Positions 1 through 12,484 of a DNA stretch of 64,000 nt are shown piece by piece (the stretch's first letter is position 1; every line of letters begins with the position of its first letter). The DNA is from Octopus bimaculoides (Eukaryota). Under the pieces are notes generated by a model. That model saw only the letters and a program-made list of their open reading frames with translations. It was not told the origin of the DNA and did no database searches. The stretch lies in contig NC_068992.1 of the NCBI RefSeq assembly GCF_001194135.2, forward strand, positions 13,606,200 through 13,670,199. The letters run 5' to 3'. The position numbers were made by a program, and so were the translations under genes.

Positions 1-135
1 TGGTACTTAATTTTATCGACCCTGAAAGGATGAAAGGCAAAGTCGACCTCGGCGGAATTTGAACTTAGAGCGTAAAGACAGACGAAATACCGCTAAGCAT
101 TTCGCCCAGCGTGCTAACGTTTCTGCCACCTCGAC
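1..135 (-). mobile_element. tRNA-derived SINE family A copy, truncated by the window edge
   Basis: The reverse complement reads ..ggcagaaacgttagcacgctgggcgaaatgcttagcggtatttcgtc..aagttcaaattccgccgaggtcgactttgcctttcatcctttcagggtcgataaaattaagtacca. It has Pol III A-box and B-box-like motifs. The same sequence recurs many times in the window. Confidence 0.9.
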
Positions 136-1417
136 TTCATATATCAGCAGAGACCAAGCAATATGTGGTTATAGGCCAAACTGCAAACAACAGATCTTGT
201 ATTTGCCTGGCAGTTTTAACCTGCCTATGGCTTTCAACCCATTCTCGGTTTGCGTCAGGATCTCTTCACCCTATTCCTCAAAGAGTCTTATAAAAAATTC
301 CCCTGGCTAACTTTGTTGCGGCAAAGAAAATAATATGAAAATTCAGATTGTAAATGTACTTATATTCCATCATAATGATGCATGACTTAAAAAAAAAATC
401 GTATCGCGTTATTAAATAATCAGTCTTCACAGAATGATTTTAATTAGACTATATTGTATTTGGATGAAAAATTATTAAAAATATAACAGATCAAATATGA
501 TTTACGTAACTTCAAAGTAATTATTATTTTATTTAAATTTAATATTAATAAAAAGATTAAAATTTTAACAAAAAAAAAGAATAGAAAAAACGCTTCTAAA
601 GATTTTTTTTTTTAAATAAAATATGCACTTGCGTTATTGAGGGAGAAAATAAAATTATAGAATTAAATCAGAAACCGTAAATTGAGCATGATACAATGAT
701 TAATTCTAGGTAGAAACATTTCCTGCCAAATAGTATGAGAACATATAAGCTTCTTACACATAGCGATATATAAGCTCGCACACGCACACACACACTGACA
801 TATGTATACATGGATATCGATGGAAGTAGACATTGAAGAATGTGTATGTGTGTGTGTGTCCCTCTCAATGTATAAATGTGGGGGATGCCCCATATGTAGG
901 TGTATATAATTATCTGCATCTATATGTATGTGTATTTGTATATGTGTGTGTATGGTTGTTCGTGTATATACATGTATGAATGTGTAACCAAATGAATACG
1001 TATGTGTGAGTGAGTGTGTGTGTGTGTCTGCGTGTTATTTGCTCATTATGTTTATGCCAAATTTCGAAGTGAAATTTAACTTAAGGAATTCAATTACTGG
1101 AAGACACGAAAATTATTAACTACAGGAAGGATAGGATTTTGTATTCATCATTGTCTTCATTAAAAAAATTAATAGCTGGTTAGAGAAAGTGAGTTTGTGA
1201 ACGAAGTTTATTACAATTTGTCATCTCAGGTATCAGAAATTGCACGTGAATATGTCATTTATGAAGAAAATAAAAATAAAGGTTGGTTGAACAAAATGCA
1301 CTAGAAAATATGTATTTGAAATTTTTAAGTATACAGTACATAGATGTTAATGGAATGTCGATATATTATATAAATAACAAACAATAAAGTTATCTTTCAC
1401 TGTCCGTTTTGGTATAG

Positions 1418-1475
1418 GATCCAAATGCACTTGGAACAGACAATGCAGTCCTCCAAGAAACCATAATGGTGAAAG
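1418..1475 (+). other. Candidate small exon (58 nt), coding status unknown
   Basis: Pyrimidine-rich acceptor tatctttcactgtccgttttggtatag|G and strong donor AAG|gtacgt. Two frames are open (DPNALGTDNAVLQETIMVK; SKCTWNRQCSPPRNHNGE). No homology recognised. Confidence 0.3.
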
Positions 1476-1679
1476 GTACGTAGGAACTAGTAACATAATA
1501 AACGTTTGTTTATCGTAATTTCTAATAAATCACTTACATATATACTCAAAACTTTCACACATACACAAACACACGAACACACACGCATACATGCAACCCG
1601 CATATACACATAAACACACTCACACAAACAGGCACACACACAAACACACACACGCAAAAAGCATAAACATACATATACA

Positions 1680-1712
<33 letters not shown>

Positions 1713-1845
1713 TGAATAAAAATAAATACAAAAAAACGGGTTTGTATGATCGTGTATAGATGAATTTAAATAAAATAATATATATATATGTGTATATATN
1801 NNNNNNNNNATATATATATATGGGAGAATATACAAATAATAACAA

Positions 1846-1990
1846 CAGACGAGGACAGGTGGTGTAAATAACAAAAGGATATATTAGTATGACGCTCGGG
1901 AATACGGAAAGTCTTTGACGTTTCGAGCTACGCTCTTCAACAGAAAGAATACGGAGACAAGGAGAAAAACACGGAGAAAAAAAATTGAAT
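1846..1990 (-). mobile_element. Penelope-like non-autonomous repeat fragment carrying a degenerate hammerhead-like core
   Basis: Minus strand 1943-1908 reads CTGTTGA-A-GAGC-GTA-GCTC-GAAA-CGTC-AAA-GAC-TTT. This resembles the CUGANGA/stem II/GAAA layout of minimal hammerheads in Penelope-like elements. Confidence 0.45.
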
Positions 1991-2222
1991 AGTGTTCAAC
2001 AGAGTTACCCGGCGTTGCCCGTGTTACATGTAATTGAAGGATGAATACATATGCTGGAATACATATGATTCGAATTTCATCAAAATTGCACGTGAGGGTC
2101 CTTTCCCGTTTTACACACCCTAAAAAATTCTAATCATCAAACATGTATCCCATACTATTGATCTTTATGCGCATATTCCAAAATTTCTATACATACATAC
2201 ATCCACACACACACACACATAC

Positions 2223-2481
2223 ACATTCCAGAGAGGGGAAATTGAGGGAGAAGGGGAGGAAGGGGAGGAAGGATTGTTCAACATTCCAGAGAGGCGGATT
2301 TGAGGGAGAAGGAGAGGAATGGGGGGAAGGAGAGGAATGGGGTGGAAGGAAGGGAAGGAATGTTGAACATTCCAGAGAGGGGGATTTGAGGGGTGAAGGG
2401 GAGGTAGGAGAGGAAGGAATGTTCAACATTCCAGAGAGGGGGATGTGCGGGATGAAGGGGAGGAAGCGGAGGAAGGAATGT
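2223..2481. repeat. Purine-rich minisatellite, 4 units of about 58-86 bp
   Basis: acattccagagagg(g/c)gga starts units at 2223, 2281, 2367 and 2426, each followed by GGA/GAA-rich spacers. Confidence 0.9.
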
Positions 2482-2597
2482 ACGTACGTTAATTTTGGAT
2501 TTTGCTCTTTGGTATTGATCTGTTTTACACACACATACACGTGTGTGTGTGTGTGTGTATTGGACATGTATGTATAACAGGTATGTGTATATAACAG

Positions 2598-2685
2598 GTT
2601 GACTCGCGTTCAGTGACTTAAAGTTATCGGAAGGCATCAGGGTAAAGTGGTTTGTGACAAATTCAAGATGGCTTCTCGAATTGAG
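2598..2685 (+). other. Candidate 5'UTR or first coding exon (ATG at 2668, MASRIE)
   Basis: Acceptor tataacag|G has a weak pyrimidine tract; donor GAG|gtaatt. All three frames from the acceptor contain stops. caagATGG context lies just before the donor. Confidence 0.2.
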
Positions 2686-3300
2686 GTAATTTAGGCTTAT
2701 GTTGTTCCGCTCAGGTTATATGGTCATCACCACGTGCTTGAGCGGTAATTATTTTTCTCTTTCTTTTTCATTATTGACATTACCTTACATATTTGCCCTC
2801 TCTCCTCAACTTCATCGTTCAAACATTTTGGAAACCATCGGTATTTGTTTCTATATAACACTACTTTAGATTTTGTCCGAATCTTAAATAAATATTAATA
2901 TTCTCAACGAAATCATAGAAATGTTTATATTAATAATACTCCTAATTTTATGAAACTCACTACATTTCGTATATATGTTTACAAAATTTCTCATAATATT
3001 TCCTTATGAATAAAAAATCAATTATTGCTATTATTATTTGTGTTTCTTACGAGATATTCGAATCCACCAATGTTATATTATTGTTGGAATTTTGCATTAT
3101 TTAATGAAACGTATATTGAAAGTCATTGAAACTTCAAATAAATTATAATATAGATTGTGTAGCTTCTTTGAATTATTCACTTTAATGTTTCGACAGATAT
3201 GCGGATTCGTTTCATAAACAGTTCACTGCCCAGGTTTCTATCTCTAATTAATATTTCATTTATATCCTTTATGTTGTTTAATGAATAATAGTAGTTAAAT

Positions 3301-3499
3301 AGGCGAGCTGTTGGAATCGTTACTGCGTCGGTAAAAATACATTTCTTCTGCTTTTACGTTCTGAATTCAAATGACACCGAGTTCGACTTTATCTTTCTCT
3401 CTTTAGGGGTCGATAAAGTACCAGTTGAGAACTAGTGTTGATGTAATTGACTAGCCCCGCCTCCCCTGAAATTGCTGGTCTTGTGCCAAAATTTGAAAC
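3301..3499 (+). mobile_element. SINE family A copy (diverged)
   Basis: ggcgagctgttggaatcgtta..acgttctgaattcaaat..ggggtcgataaagtaccagttg..cttgtgccaaaatttgaaac. Confidence 0.85.
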
Positions 3500-5289
3500 T
3501 AAATTATATAAGCAAATGTATCATCAAAATGCATGAATTTTGATACAACTGTATGTTCGCGCAGAGAAATCAGGTTGAATTGCAAGTGAAGAAAGATAGG
3601 AAAAATATTCACGGGAAATGTTATCAAGAGAAATTAAATAAAAAAAGACAAACGATGAGTAAAGGAGATATTGTGTGAGATATAGAAGTAGGACGACAAC
3701 TGGAATCCAACAGGAGTTTGTTAGCCAGGGAAAGAGAACTACATTGTGTGGGATGGGGTAGAGAAGAAAACTATACTCGAGGATGTGACGAAAGAGGGAG
3801 GGGAAAGAAAAGGCAATAATGTGTATTGTAAGAAGAGTTAGCGATAGAGAAGGAGAGGACAAACGAAAAGAGAAAATAAGGAAAAGAAGATGAGAGCTCA
3901 AATCAATCAGAGAAAAGTCAAACGGTCTTCAATGAAGGGTTCTAAATATACATAATAAGAAAGGTGAGGTAGATTGGAAAAAATAGTGGAAATATATCAT
4001 ACTGAACAGAGAAACGGCTGACAAAAGAAAGGTCATTGGGTAATGTAAAGCACAGTAACTTTCTATCGAGCGCAGCCAGTAAGAGTGTCCCGTATACAGA
4101 TAAAAAAAAAGAAGCCTGCTGCGACCAATATAAGTGAAAATATAAGGACGTGTTGCTGAGTAGGATGTACATGGAAAAATAAAAACTCAAAATGGTAACA
4201 CTGAGACAAATAAAATTATATGCATATGTGAAAGCACTGATTAAAAACAAAACTGAAAATGATAGTGAAATCAATGTAGACCGTAATTCTGATCAGGTTA
4301 TGTTGATAAATATAAAGGCTACAACGGAAACATTTGACCAAAGAGGGTAAATGTAAACTTGAAAGCAAAAGTTGGACTTGTTAAACTCGATTTGAGCAGA
4401 AAATCTATGGGAAAATGAAAATGTTTTGAATAATATACAAGTAGAAAGAGGTAAATAAATTACACATCTTTATTCCTGTATATACATACACGCATTAATA
4501 TGTGTAAATATGTATATGTACATATATGTTCATATACATATACAAACGCATACATACATACGCATATATACATACATACATGCATACATACGTGCATATA
4601 TACACATACATACATACATGCATACATACATACGTACATATAATATACTGAGTAACCAAGCAGACTGATTCTCTATTCCGTACTTCGTCATCATAATATC
4701 AATCACAAAGTATTTTCTAGCAGTTCTCAATATTTAGTCAGTTAAACTAAACGAAATAACAGAAAATGTGTCATACGAAATATATGTGATCTAATCTCAC
4801 ATTTTGAATCAGGCTACACAAAGTAAATCTCTATCGAGAGTATGACTCATTGTGTGATGCAAAACAAGCTAGATGCTCTCAATAGTTATTAAATAATCTC
4901 AATATTATCAATCGCTGAAGTAAATATTTAGTAATAGTTCAGGACAAATTTATTGAAATTGATAGAGCTAAAAGCAGGGGTCCCACCTCAATGTACTAAA
5001 CGTGAAGCTAAATCCAGATGGGAAGTTTCTTTCCCACTTCACCGAATATCAGATTATTGAAGGTTTCACATTTCAGGAGATTTTGTTCTGGTCATTTCGA
5101 AAATAGTTTTGAATGACGCAAAGAACACAGTTTTCTTAGAATAATGAATTCAAATATAAAAGTGATTTTCGATATACCATCAGCAGTGTAACATTGACTA
5201 CACACAAACTCACAACATACGCTTGCAAATACATACACGCACGAGTATATACACATACACACGCACTCACATGTATGCTTGTGTATGCG

Positions 5290-5520
5290 CATGTTTGCGT
5301 GTGTGTGAGTGTGTGAGAAACACCGAGAGAGTGTGTGATTTTCTGTTTGTATGTGTGCGTGAGTGAGTGTGTGAGAGACAGCGGGAAGTGTGTATTAGTG
5401 TATGTTTGTGTGAGAGACAGCGAGAGAGAGAGAAGTGTGTCTTTTCTTGTGTTTATGTGTGTTTGTGTGTGTGCATGAGTGTGTGAGAGATACCGAGAGT
5501 GTATGTTTAGGTGTGCTTGT

Positions 5521-5599
<79 letters not shown>

Positions 5600-5600
5600 C
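5290..5600. repeat. Compound (GT)/(GA) microsatellite ending in a long pure (GT)n
   Basis: Directly visible; it explains the THTH/VCVC ORFs in the track. Confidence 0.95.
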
Positions 5601-7121
5601 ATAAATGTATTTGTGTACGTGTATGTATAAGGAGAAGTAAATATGTATGTATTGTGTATCCTTCAAGAATTATTTAGTTCTTTCTATACCTGAAAGATTT
5701 GCGAATCAGTGAACCGTGATTTTGATACCCTCTTTAAAAAGAATATTGAATGGACGTCAATTTATTCATTAGTTCTATATTTATTTGTTCGATAATAGGA
5801 TAATATCCAACAATTATAGCATTGATTTGTACATATAAGTAGATTGTTTTCTATCTGTTGCAGCACAGAAATTGCGAATAAAATTATAAATCTATAATGA
5901 TTTTTTTTAATCTTTTTACATATATGGCTTTATCTCTTGTTTCTTTGTTTGATGCCTATTTGTGATGGACTAAATTACGCTTGATTAACGTCGCTTTAAA
6001 GTTCAAAGATTTTTTATTTATAAGGCCAACTGCATTAAAAACGTTTGACTACTTTCACTGATCTGTGTACATCAGGAACGAAATCTTCAGAAATTAGAAA
6101 GCATTATAAATGTTTATCTCTACGTTTGTATTTCTCTCTCTCTCTCTGTCTCTCTTTCTTTCTTTCTTTCTCTCTCTCTCCCTATCTTTCTTTCTTTCTC
6201 TCTCTATTTATCAATATTTGTTTCTTTCTCTCTTTCTCTCACTCTCTCTTTCCCCTTCTCTTTCTGTATATATGAGATTGTATGGATTTACTCCTATCAT
6301 TTTATATGCAGCTCTGAACGCGTCGTCATATGTAGCTTACTTGTACGTGTATATGCTTGAACATATGTTTGTGTACATGGATATATTGGCTCAGCTGGAT
6401 GAAGTGTACGTGTTTCTATGTGTATTTGTCCGTATTAAATATGACGGCGAAAATATTTTGCAATCGACCATTAAAGAAGGCTTTCTATTTTCACAATGAT
6501 TCATGAATAAAACTCTCATGATTTCCATCCTTAATCGGTCTATTCTAGGTACTGTAATATCGATCAATAACCTACTGGGTCGCAGCTTAATGGCAATCAT
6601 ACAAATTTACGCTTTTGTTTTGAAGAACTTTTATATGTTTGATTCGGTGAATGTTCTATCTAAGATACTTCATACAAGAAACGAAATTTTATATTATCTG
6701 TCTAAACTAGCACAACTATCACATTTATTAATACTTGAATGGAACACCAGCATCAGGCTAATCCTGAAAGCCATTGAAGATAGAAGAAAACAATGATCCT
6801 TTGAATATACGATATCTGCGGGAATCGCCTCTTTAAGCAATGATTTACATAACTCCGCCTCTCTATTCTATCCCCATAGTAATAACTAAAGTAGGGAAAA
6901 AATAACATTTCTCATTAACATAAATTTTAAATCTATACATTTTGAAAACCAAAATATAAATTCTATATTTTCTTTGAAAGGGCATGTTTTGAAGTTACTA
7001 ATGTTTATATTGATATTGATAAGCTACTACTAAATAGGACTACTGGCTTGTTGACATACAAATTAACATCAGGTGTTCTTTGTATTTTCGGAAAAAAATA
7101 TATCATTTCCCAAATATTCAG

Positions 7122-7205
7122 TTTATGGAGACGATGGGAAATATCATAACAAAATGAGCGGCGTACATAAATGTCAAAAGGGAGTCGATCTATTCACAGG
7201 GATTT
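7122..7205 (+). other. Candidate symmetric phase 1-1 exon (84 nt)
   Basis: catttcccaaatattcag|TT..T|gtatgt. Open frame YGDDGKYHNKMSGVHKCQKGVDLFTGI. No homology recognised. Confidence 0.22.
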
Positions 7206-8198
7206 GTATGTTACGCGCTTAAGGCCACTGAACCAGGGTTATGTTGTATTAGCTTAAACATTTATGTTCTCAGTTATTCATGCAATGATCACACGAAGAG
7301 TGTCTAACTTGGATTGAAAACGTTGCTGTTGTGTCAATATATCATACCATGATAGAAGAGGGTAGAGTGTCTCCGATGATACCAATGACATCTAAATGAA
7401 TTAAGAAGAGTATCGATTTCATTATCCTTGTATTATTATATTCAAGTAATCTAAAATTGATTACGATTACTACTGGTACTTGCGTTCAGCCAGTGAAACC
7501 ATATGTAATCATGCGTCCCTCAAAAATTACCACATAGATCTCCTTCATTAAAATGTAATATTATAATGGATAGTGAAGTACTGGTTATAGAACGGCTGTA
7601 CGGAAACAGAATGATCATGGATAAATTGTATTGGATCATAATTCAGAACCTGGTATTAAACAATAGCTAACATCTGTTCTTGAAAGAATTGCTACGTGTT
7701 ACATAGACTACTAAAAGGAAGACTTACATGTATTGCAGAAAAAAAAGTATTTTGTTTTCGGTAAATATTAACATAAAGAGATACTGACGCTTTGATAAGA
7801 GTAGCTTATATTTTAACTGTTTAGACTGCATTAATCTGTTGCAGAGGATCTGTTATATGAAATTAATGAAACATTCTGAATACTGGTTAATTGCTGGATC
7901 GTTTCCTAATATATATTAACAATATTCTATACTGGAAATTAGAAATAATGACAACACTCACACCTAGCCCCATCAATCATTACTCGTAGATGCATATCTC
8001 CTCTCAAGATTAAACATGATTGTTTGTGTAATCAATTAATACATTTCGTTCTGAAAGGCAGAAATATCACTATAACAATATCGAATGGTCTCTACTTACG
8101 GTTACATTCTGTGGAGCATTTCTGTTTTATCAATTATCTCTTACTTGTTTCAGTACATAGACTGCGGCACAGAATTGAATATACATGTTTACATGTAT

Positions 8199-8230
<32 letters not shown>

Positions 8231-8745
8231 NNNNNNNNNNNNNNNNNNNNNNNNNNNNNNNNNNNNNNNNNNNNNNNNNNNNNNNNNNNNNNNNNNNNNN
8301 NNNNNNNNNNNNNNNNNNNNNNNNNNNNNNNNNNNNNNNNNNNNNNNNNTGTATGTATGTATGTATGTATGTATGTATGTATAAGGAAATTGTCAATAGA
8401 GACAATACTCCGTGTATAGTACACCTGTTTTTTTTTTTTTTGCTCGTTTATGAGCTAAGGAGTAATAAAAATTTTTTTGAAGAAGATAAAAATTTCAGTT
8501 ATCAGTCCTTTACATTTCGAGAAACGAAATCGTCCTTAGAGTGATTTATAAGACTTGGATGGGATACATGTTTATATTATAAATTCAAATGGTAATAAAT
8601 AAAAATAAATAAGTAAAACATATAATAAAAATATGACATATAATGTAGGTGAACTAATATCTAATAACATGAAAACCGTGCATATTTGTTTAGGTATATG
8701 TATTCGAGGGAGAATAAATAAAGTTTCGAATAGATGTCATGAAGG

Positions 8746-8852
8746 CATTAGCAATATATATTGATCCTAATATTAAGAAATTCAACGACATTAGCAACGT
8801 ATATTAATCCTAATATTAAGAAATTCAACGACATTAGCAACGTATATTAATC
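8746..8852. repeat. 43-bp tandem repeat, about 2.5 copies
   Basis: cattagcaa(t/c)(a/g)tatatt(g/a)atcctaatattaagaaattcaacga at 8746 and 8789, partial copy at 8832. Confidence 0.95.
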
Positions 8853-9639
8853 ACCTCAAAGAAAAACAACATTGAATATAATCTGAAATGGTCGATAATT
8901 ATCGAATTTACACCTTAGAACACGTATACGAACACAAGTAGGCTTTGTGTAACAGAATCGATTAGTATCCTTTATGCTAACAACAAAAATAAAAATATAT
9001 TATTAAATAAAATTACGGACGTTTTAGTATGCTGTAAGCATAAATATTTAGCGGCTTTTAATTTTTATACTGTTTAAAAAACTGGCTTGGATTAGAGCGC
9101 TTGAATATATAGATTTAAATCCATAACCTTAAATTACCAGATTCTATAGTAAAATAATTTTTAAAATATATAAATACACAATGGAATATTCCAATAGGCC
9201 ATGACTTACACGATTAATCACATATTCACCTGTCTACCAATTCAACTATCCATTTATCTATCTTTCCTTATTCATGTTTTCTTTATAAATGGTTCTGTTT
9301 CATCATAGCTATTTTTTATTTTAATTTTTGGATGATCTTGTATCAATCTCACCAGATATACTTTTAATTATTTAACCATTATTTATTGTCCCTTGAATAC
9401 ATGTATCTACACACATATGCACGGTTTTCATGTTGTTAGATATTAGTTCACCTACATTATATATATATATATTTCTTTTATTATTATTTGAATTTGTAAT
9501 ATAAACAACCATACAAGTCTTATAGTTCACCGTAAGTACGACTCCGTTTCTCAGGTGTAAAGGACTAACAGCTGAATTTTTTATCTTCTTCAAAAAACTT
9601 ATATATATATATATATATTCTTTTCCCCCTTTTTTCTTT

Positions 9640-9999
9640 TATTTGTTTCAGTCATTTGGCTGCGGCCATGCTGGAGCATAGCCTTTAGTCGAACAAATCG
9701 ACGCCAGTACTTATTCTCTGCAAACATCGTACTTATTCTATCGGACTATTTTGCCGCACCGCTAAGTTAAGGGAAAGTAAACACACCAACATCAGTTGTG
9801 AAGCGGTGGTGGGGGGACAAACACAGGAACACAAATAAATACATATACGACGTGCTTCTTTTAGTTTTCGTCTACCAAATCCACTCACACGGATTTAGTT
9901 AGACCGAGGCTATAGTAGAAGACACTTGCTCAAGAGGCTAGCCGTAGAATTGGGCCCGGAACCATGTAGTTTGTAAGTAAGCTACTTACCACACAACCA

Positions 10000-10003
<4 letters not shown>
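9640..10003 (-). mobile_element. tRNA-derived SINE family B, near full length
   Basis: The reverse complement has a tRNA-like head (gagtggttgtgtggtaagtagc..ggttccgggcccaattc), a CORE-like segment (cttgagcaagtgtcttctactatagcc), a central CA/TA tract and the tail ..ctccagcatggccgcagccaaatgactgaaac. Confidence 0.9.
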
Positions 10004-10039
<36 letters not shown>

Positions 10040-10054
10040 TTCTCTCTCACTCTT

Positions 10055-10090
<36 letters not shown>

Positions 10091-11962
10091 AGAATCCACG
10101 CAATATTATCGAACGCATGAAATCGTGGTTACAAAGTACATTTCTTAAATAGTCGACCGCACTATGCATAATGTGTGTATGTATGCATGTATGTAAATTC
10201 GTGCATATAGCCACACACACACACACAAACATGCATCTATAGACACTCACTCATAAACACAAATTTACATACATAATATTACACAAATAACTCTGTGACG
10301 GCGACAGTATGGATGAAACGTAGAAATGTATTTACCATTTTATCCATGAAAACAGTCACAAATACTCCCACATACTAACAGTAAATTTTACTTATTGACA
10401 CATACGCTACATGATATTCATAACATTGATATATCTATATTTTCACTGCATGCGCATCGTTTATGTATATAGCTGTACATGTGCACTAGATAATAAATAT
10501 GCGAATGTGAATGTCTCTATATATTTGGCCATATGTTCTATAATATTTAAAAGTGTAAGAATATATGTCGATGTACACACCTATCCATATCCACTTTAGT
10601 AATGGCTTCTTTACTTTCAACTTTGCTTTATCTGTTTACCATTTATATAAAGCTGCTAAACAATGAAACGGTAATGTCATATTTATGAGAAGCCAAGTGC
10701 TGTCTGCTAGTAAGTAAATCCAACTCAGCCAACTTTAGCGTATGACATTGATTTGCATCTTCGTACACTGCCTGACATGCCGTTACCAAATAATATAATA
10801 AATCGGCTTTAGACGTTGCAAACAGAGAGCAGTTGTCATATGTTGTATTTTGCTTTCTATCTATGTTTTTTATTGCTTCAATAATAAAGTTTGGCTATTG
10901 GCCAAAGAACAGTATTGAAATAGATATTAAATGTTTCGACTTCTTCGAGACGAAATGGGTATGTATGATTTCTGCTATATTATTTTAAGTGCGTATATTG
11001 CAAAACCACATAGAGACAAATGGAATATTGCAATACTTTCATGAAGTTCTTCTACATGTAATATATACTACTCTGTCTCTATGCTTCTATATTTCTATAT
11101 TGTATTCATTACATTTCGCTTAATGCAAACGCAGTATCTTCTAGCAAATTGATTCGCTCTAAGAGTTAGTACAGACGGAGAAGAGATAAGCAAAATAATA
11201 AAATATCAATTATTGTCTGTCGTTGGTATATTCAGTAATTCTAAGGAAACTACGACAGAAACAAGAACAGAAATTGCTGATGTCTCATATAGGTACAAGG
11301 AAATAAATGTGTAGGCATTACAGATGTCAATCAGTCGTATTCAAGCACAGTACAGAATCACTTCTAATATCAACAATCCCTGCTGATATTAGCAACGGGA
11401 AGATTAGAGTTAATGTCTGGGCATTAAAAGACGTAAGGAAACATTGTTAAGTCATTATAACAATTTACATTGAATCTCTTATGCGGAGTTTAACTTTAGT
11501 AGGGGTTTTAATGTGAAATAACATGTATTATTTAACCCGGTCTCATTTTCTCTCATTTTCTCTGAGAATTTTAGATTACAGTAAGTTTGAATTTTACTAC
11601 TGAACGTGAAGTCCAAAAACAATGGTTCATGTTTTAATCTGACGGTGGAAATATTTACTTCCTATTCGTTTCCAAGTGTCACTGTTACCGGCAGAGACTC
11701 GTGATTATATATAAAGAGCACCGACAGCAGAAGATATATACTATCCCCAATGAATGAGTCTAAGCAAAATGTAGTAAGCTCCAACATTTAAAATGGCGTA
11801 ATGTATATTGTTATTTCACATGAGATCTTCGGAAAAATGTCTGTCTAATAGTTTACACATACACACGAATACAACAATTAAAATAAACATATGCAAAACT
11901 ATAAACACATACGCAAAAAACAATCAGATACAGACACTGGAACGCACAAAGGAATAAAAGAA

Positions 11963-12017
<55 letters not shown>

Positions 12018-12280
12018 ATCATTTTTATTCCCTCCGGAATTATCTCAATGCTTTTTTCTAGAAACATATGTTGCAAATATAAATGATTTGAATAACACCT
12101 GCGTTTGACTCCATTTCTTAATTTAGCCATGTTATACAAAATCATTTCACTTAACCCTGGAATTTCTACCTTTATAAATAGACTATAATATCCCTGGCAC
12201 TTATGTGAATTTTTGCTACCCTGGTAACTATTTATTTTTTCCTTGCTAATGGTACACATTGAAAAAATATACATACATAC

Positions 12281-12282
<2 letters not shown>

Positions 12283-12344
<62 letters not shown>

Positions 12345-12433
12345 NNNNNNNNNNNNNNNNNNNNNNNNNNNNNNNNNNNNNNNNNNNNNNNNNNNNNNNN
12401 NNNNNNNNNNNNNNNNNNNNNNNNNNNNNNNNN

Positions 12434-12480
<47 letters not shown>
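12283..12480. repeat. (AT)(GT)-gap-(GA) compound microsatellite
   Basis: Directly visible; the gap spans 12345-12433. Confidence 0.95.

Positions 12481-12484
<4 letters not shown>

Noticed and set aside
2143-2637. Three overlapping ORFs of 119-144 aa
   Set aside because: These are open frames produced by the purine-rich minisatellite and (CA)n.
3524-4274. Hydrophobic Leu/Phe/Ser-rich minus-strand ORFs resembling membrane proteins (also 52461-52697)
   Set aside because: They are the antisense of low-complexity A/G-rich DNA and show no family motifs.
6503-6796. 97-aa ORF MNKTLMISIL.. and similar 60-80 aa ORFs (39344, 60905)
   Set aside because: No recognisable motif or convincing splice context; compatible with chance.
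8746-8852. Repeat arrays as possible CRISPR
   Set aside because: There are no unique spacers or cas genes, and the context is eukaryotic.
9960-10003. tRNA-like A/B-box segments at SINE heads (also 37700-37771 and 59975-60055)
   Set aside because: They continue into SINE bodies and lack a complete cloverleaf, so they are not tRNA genes.
11200-11310. YSVILRKLRQKQ resembling a GPCR TM5 end
   Set aside because: The frame is closed by stops on both sides, and there are no other helices.
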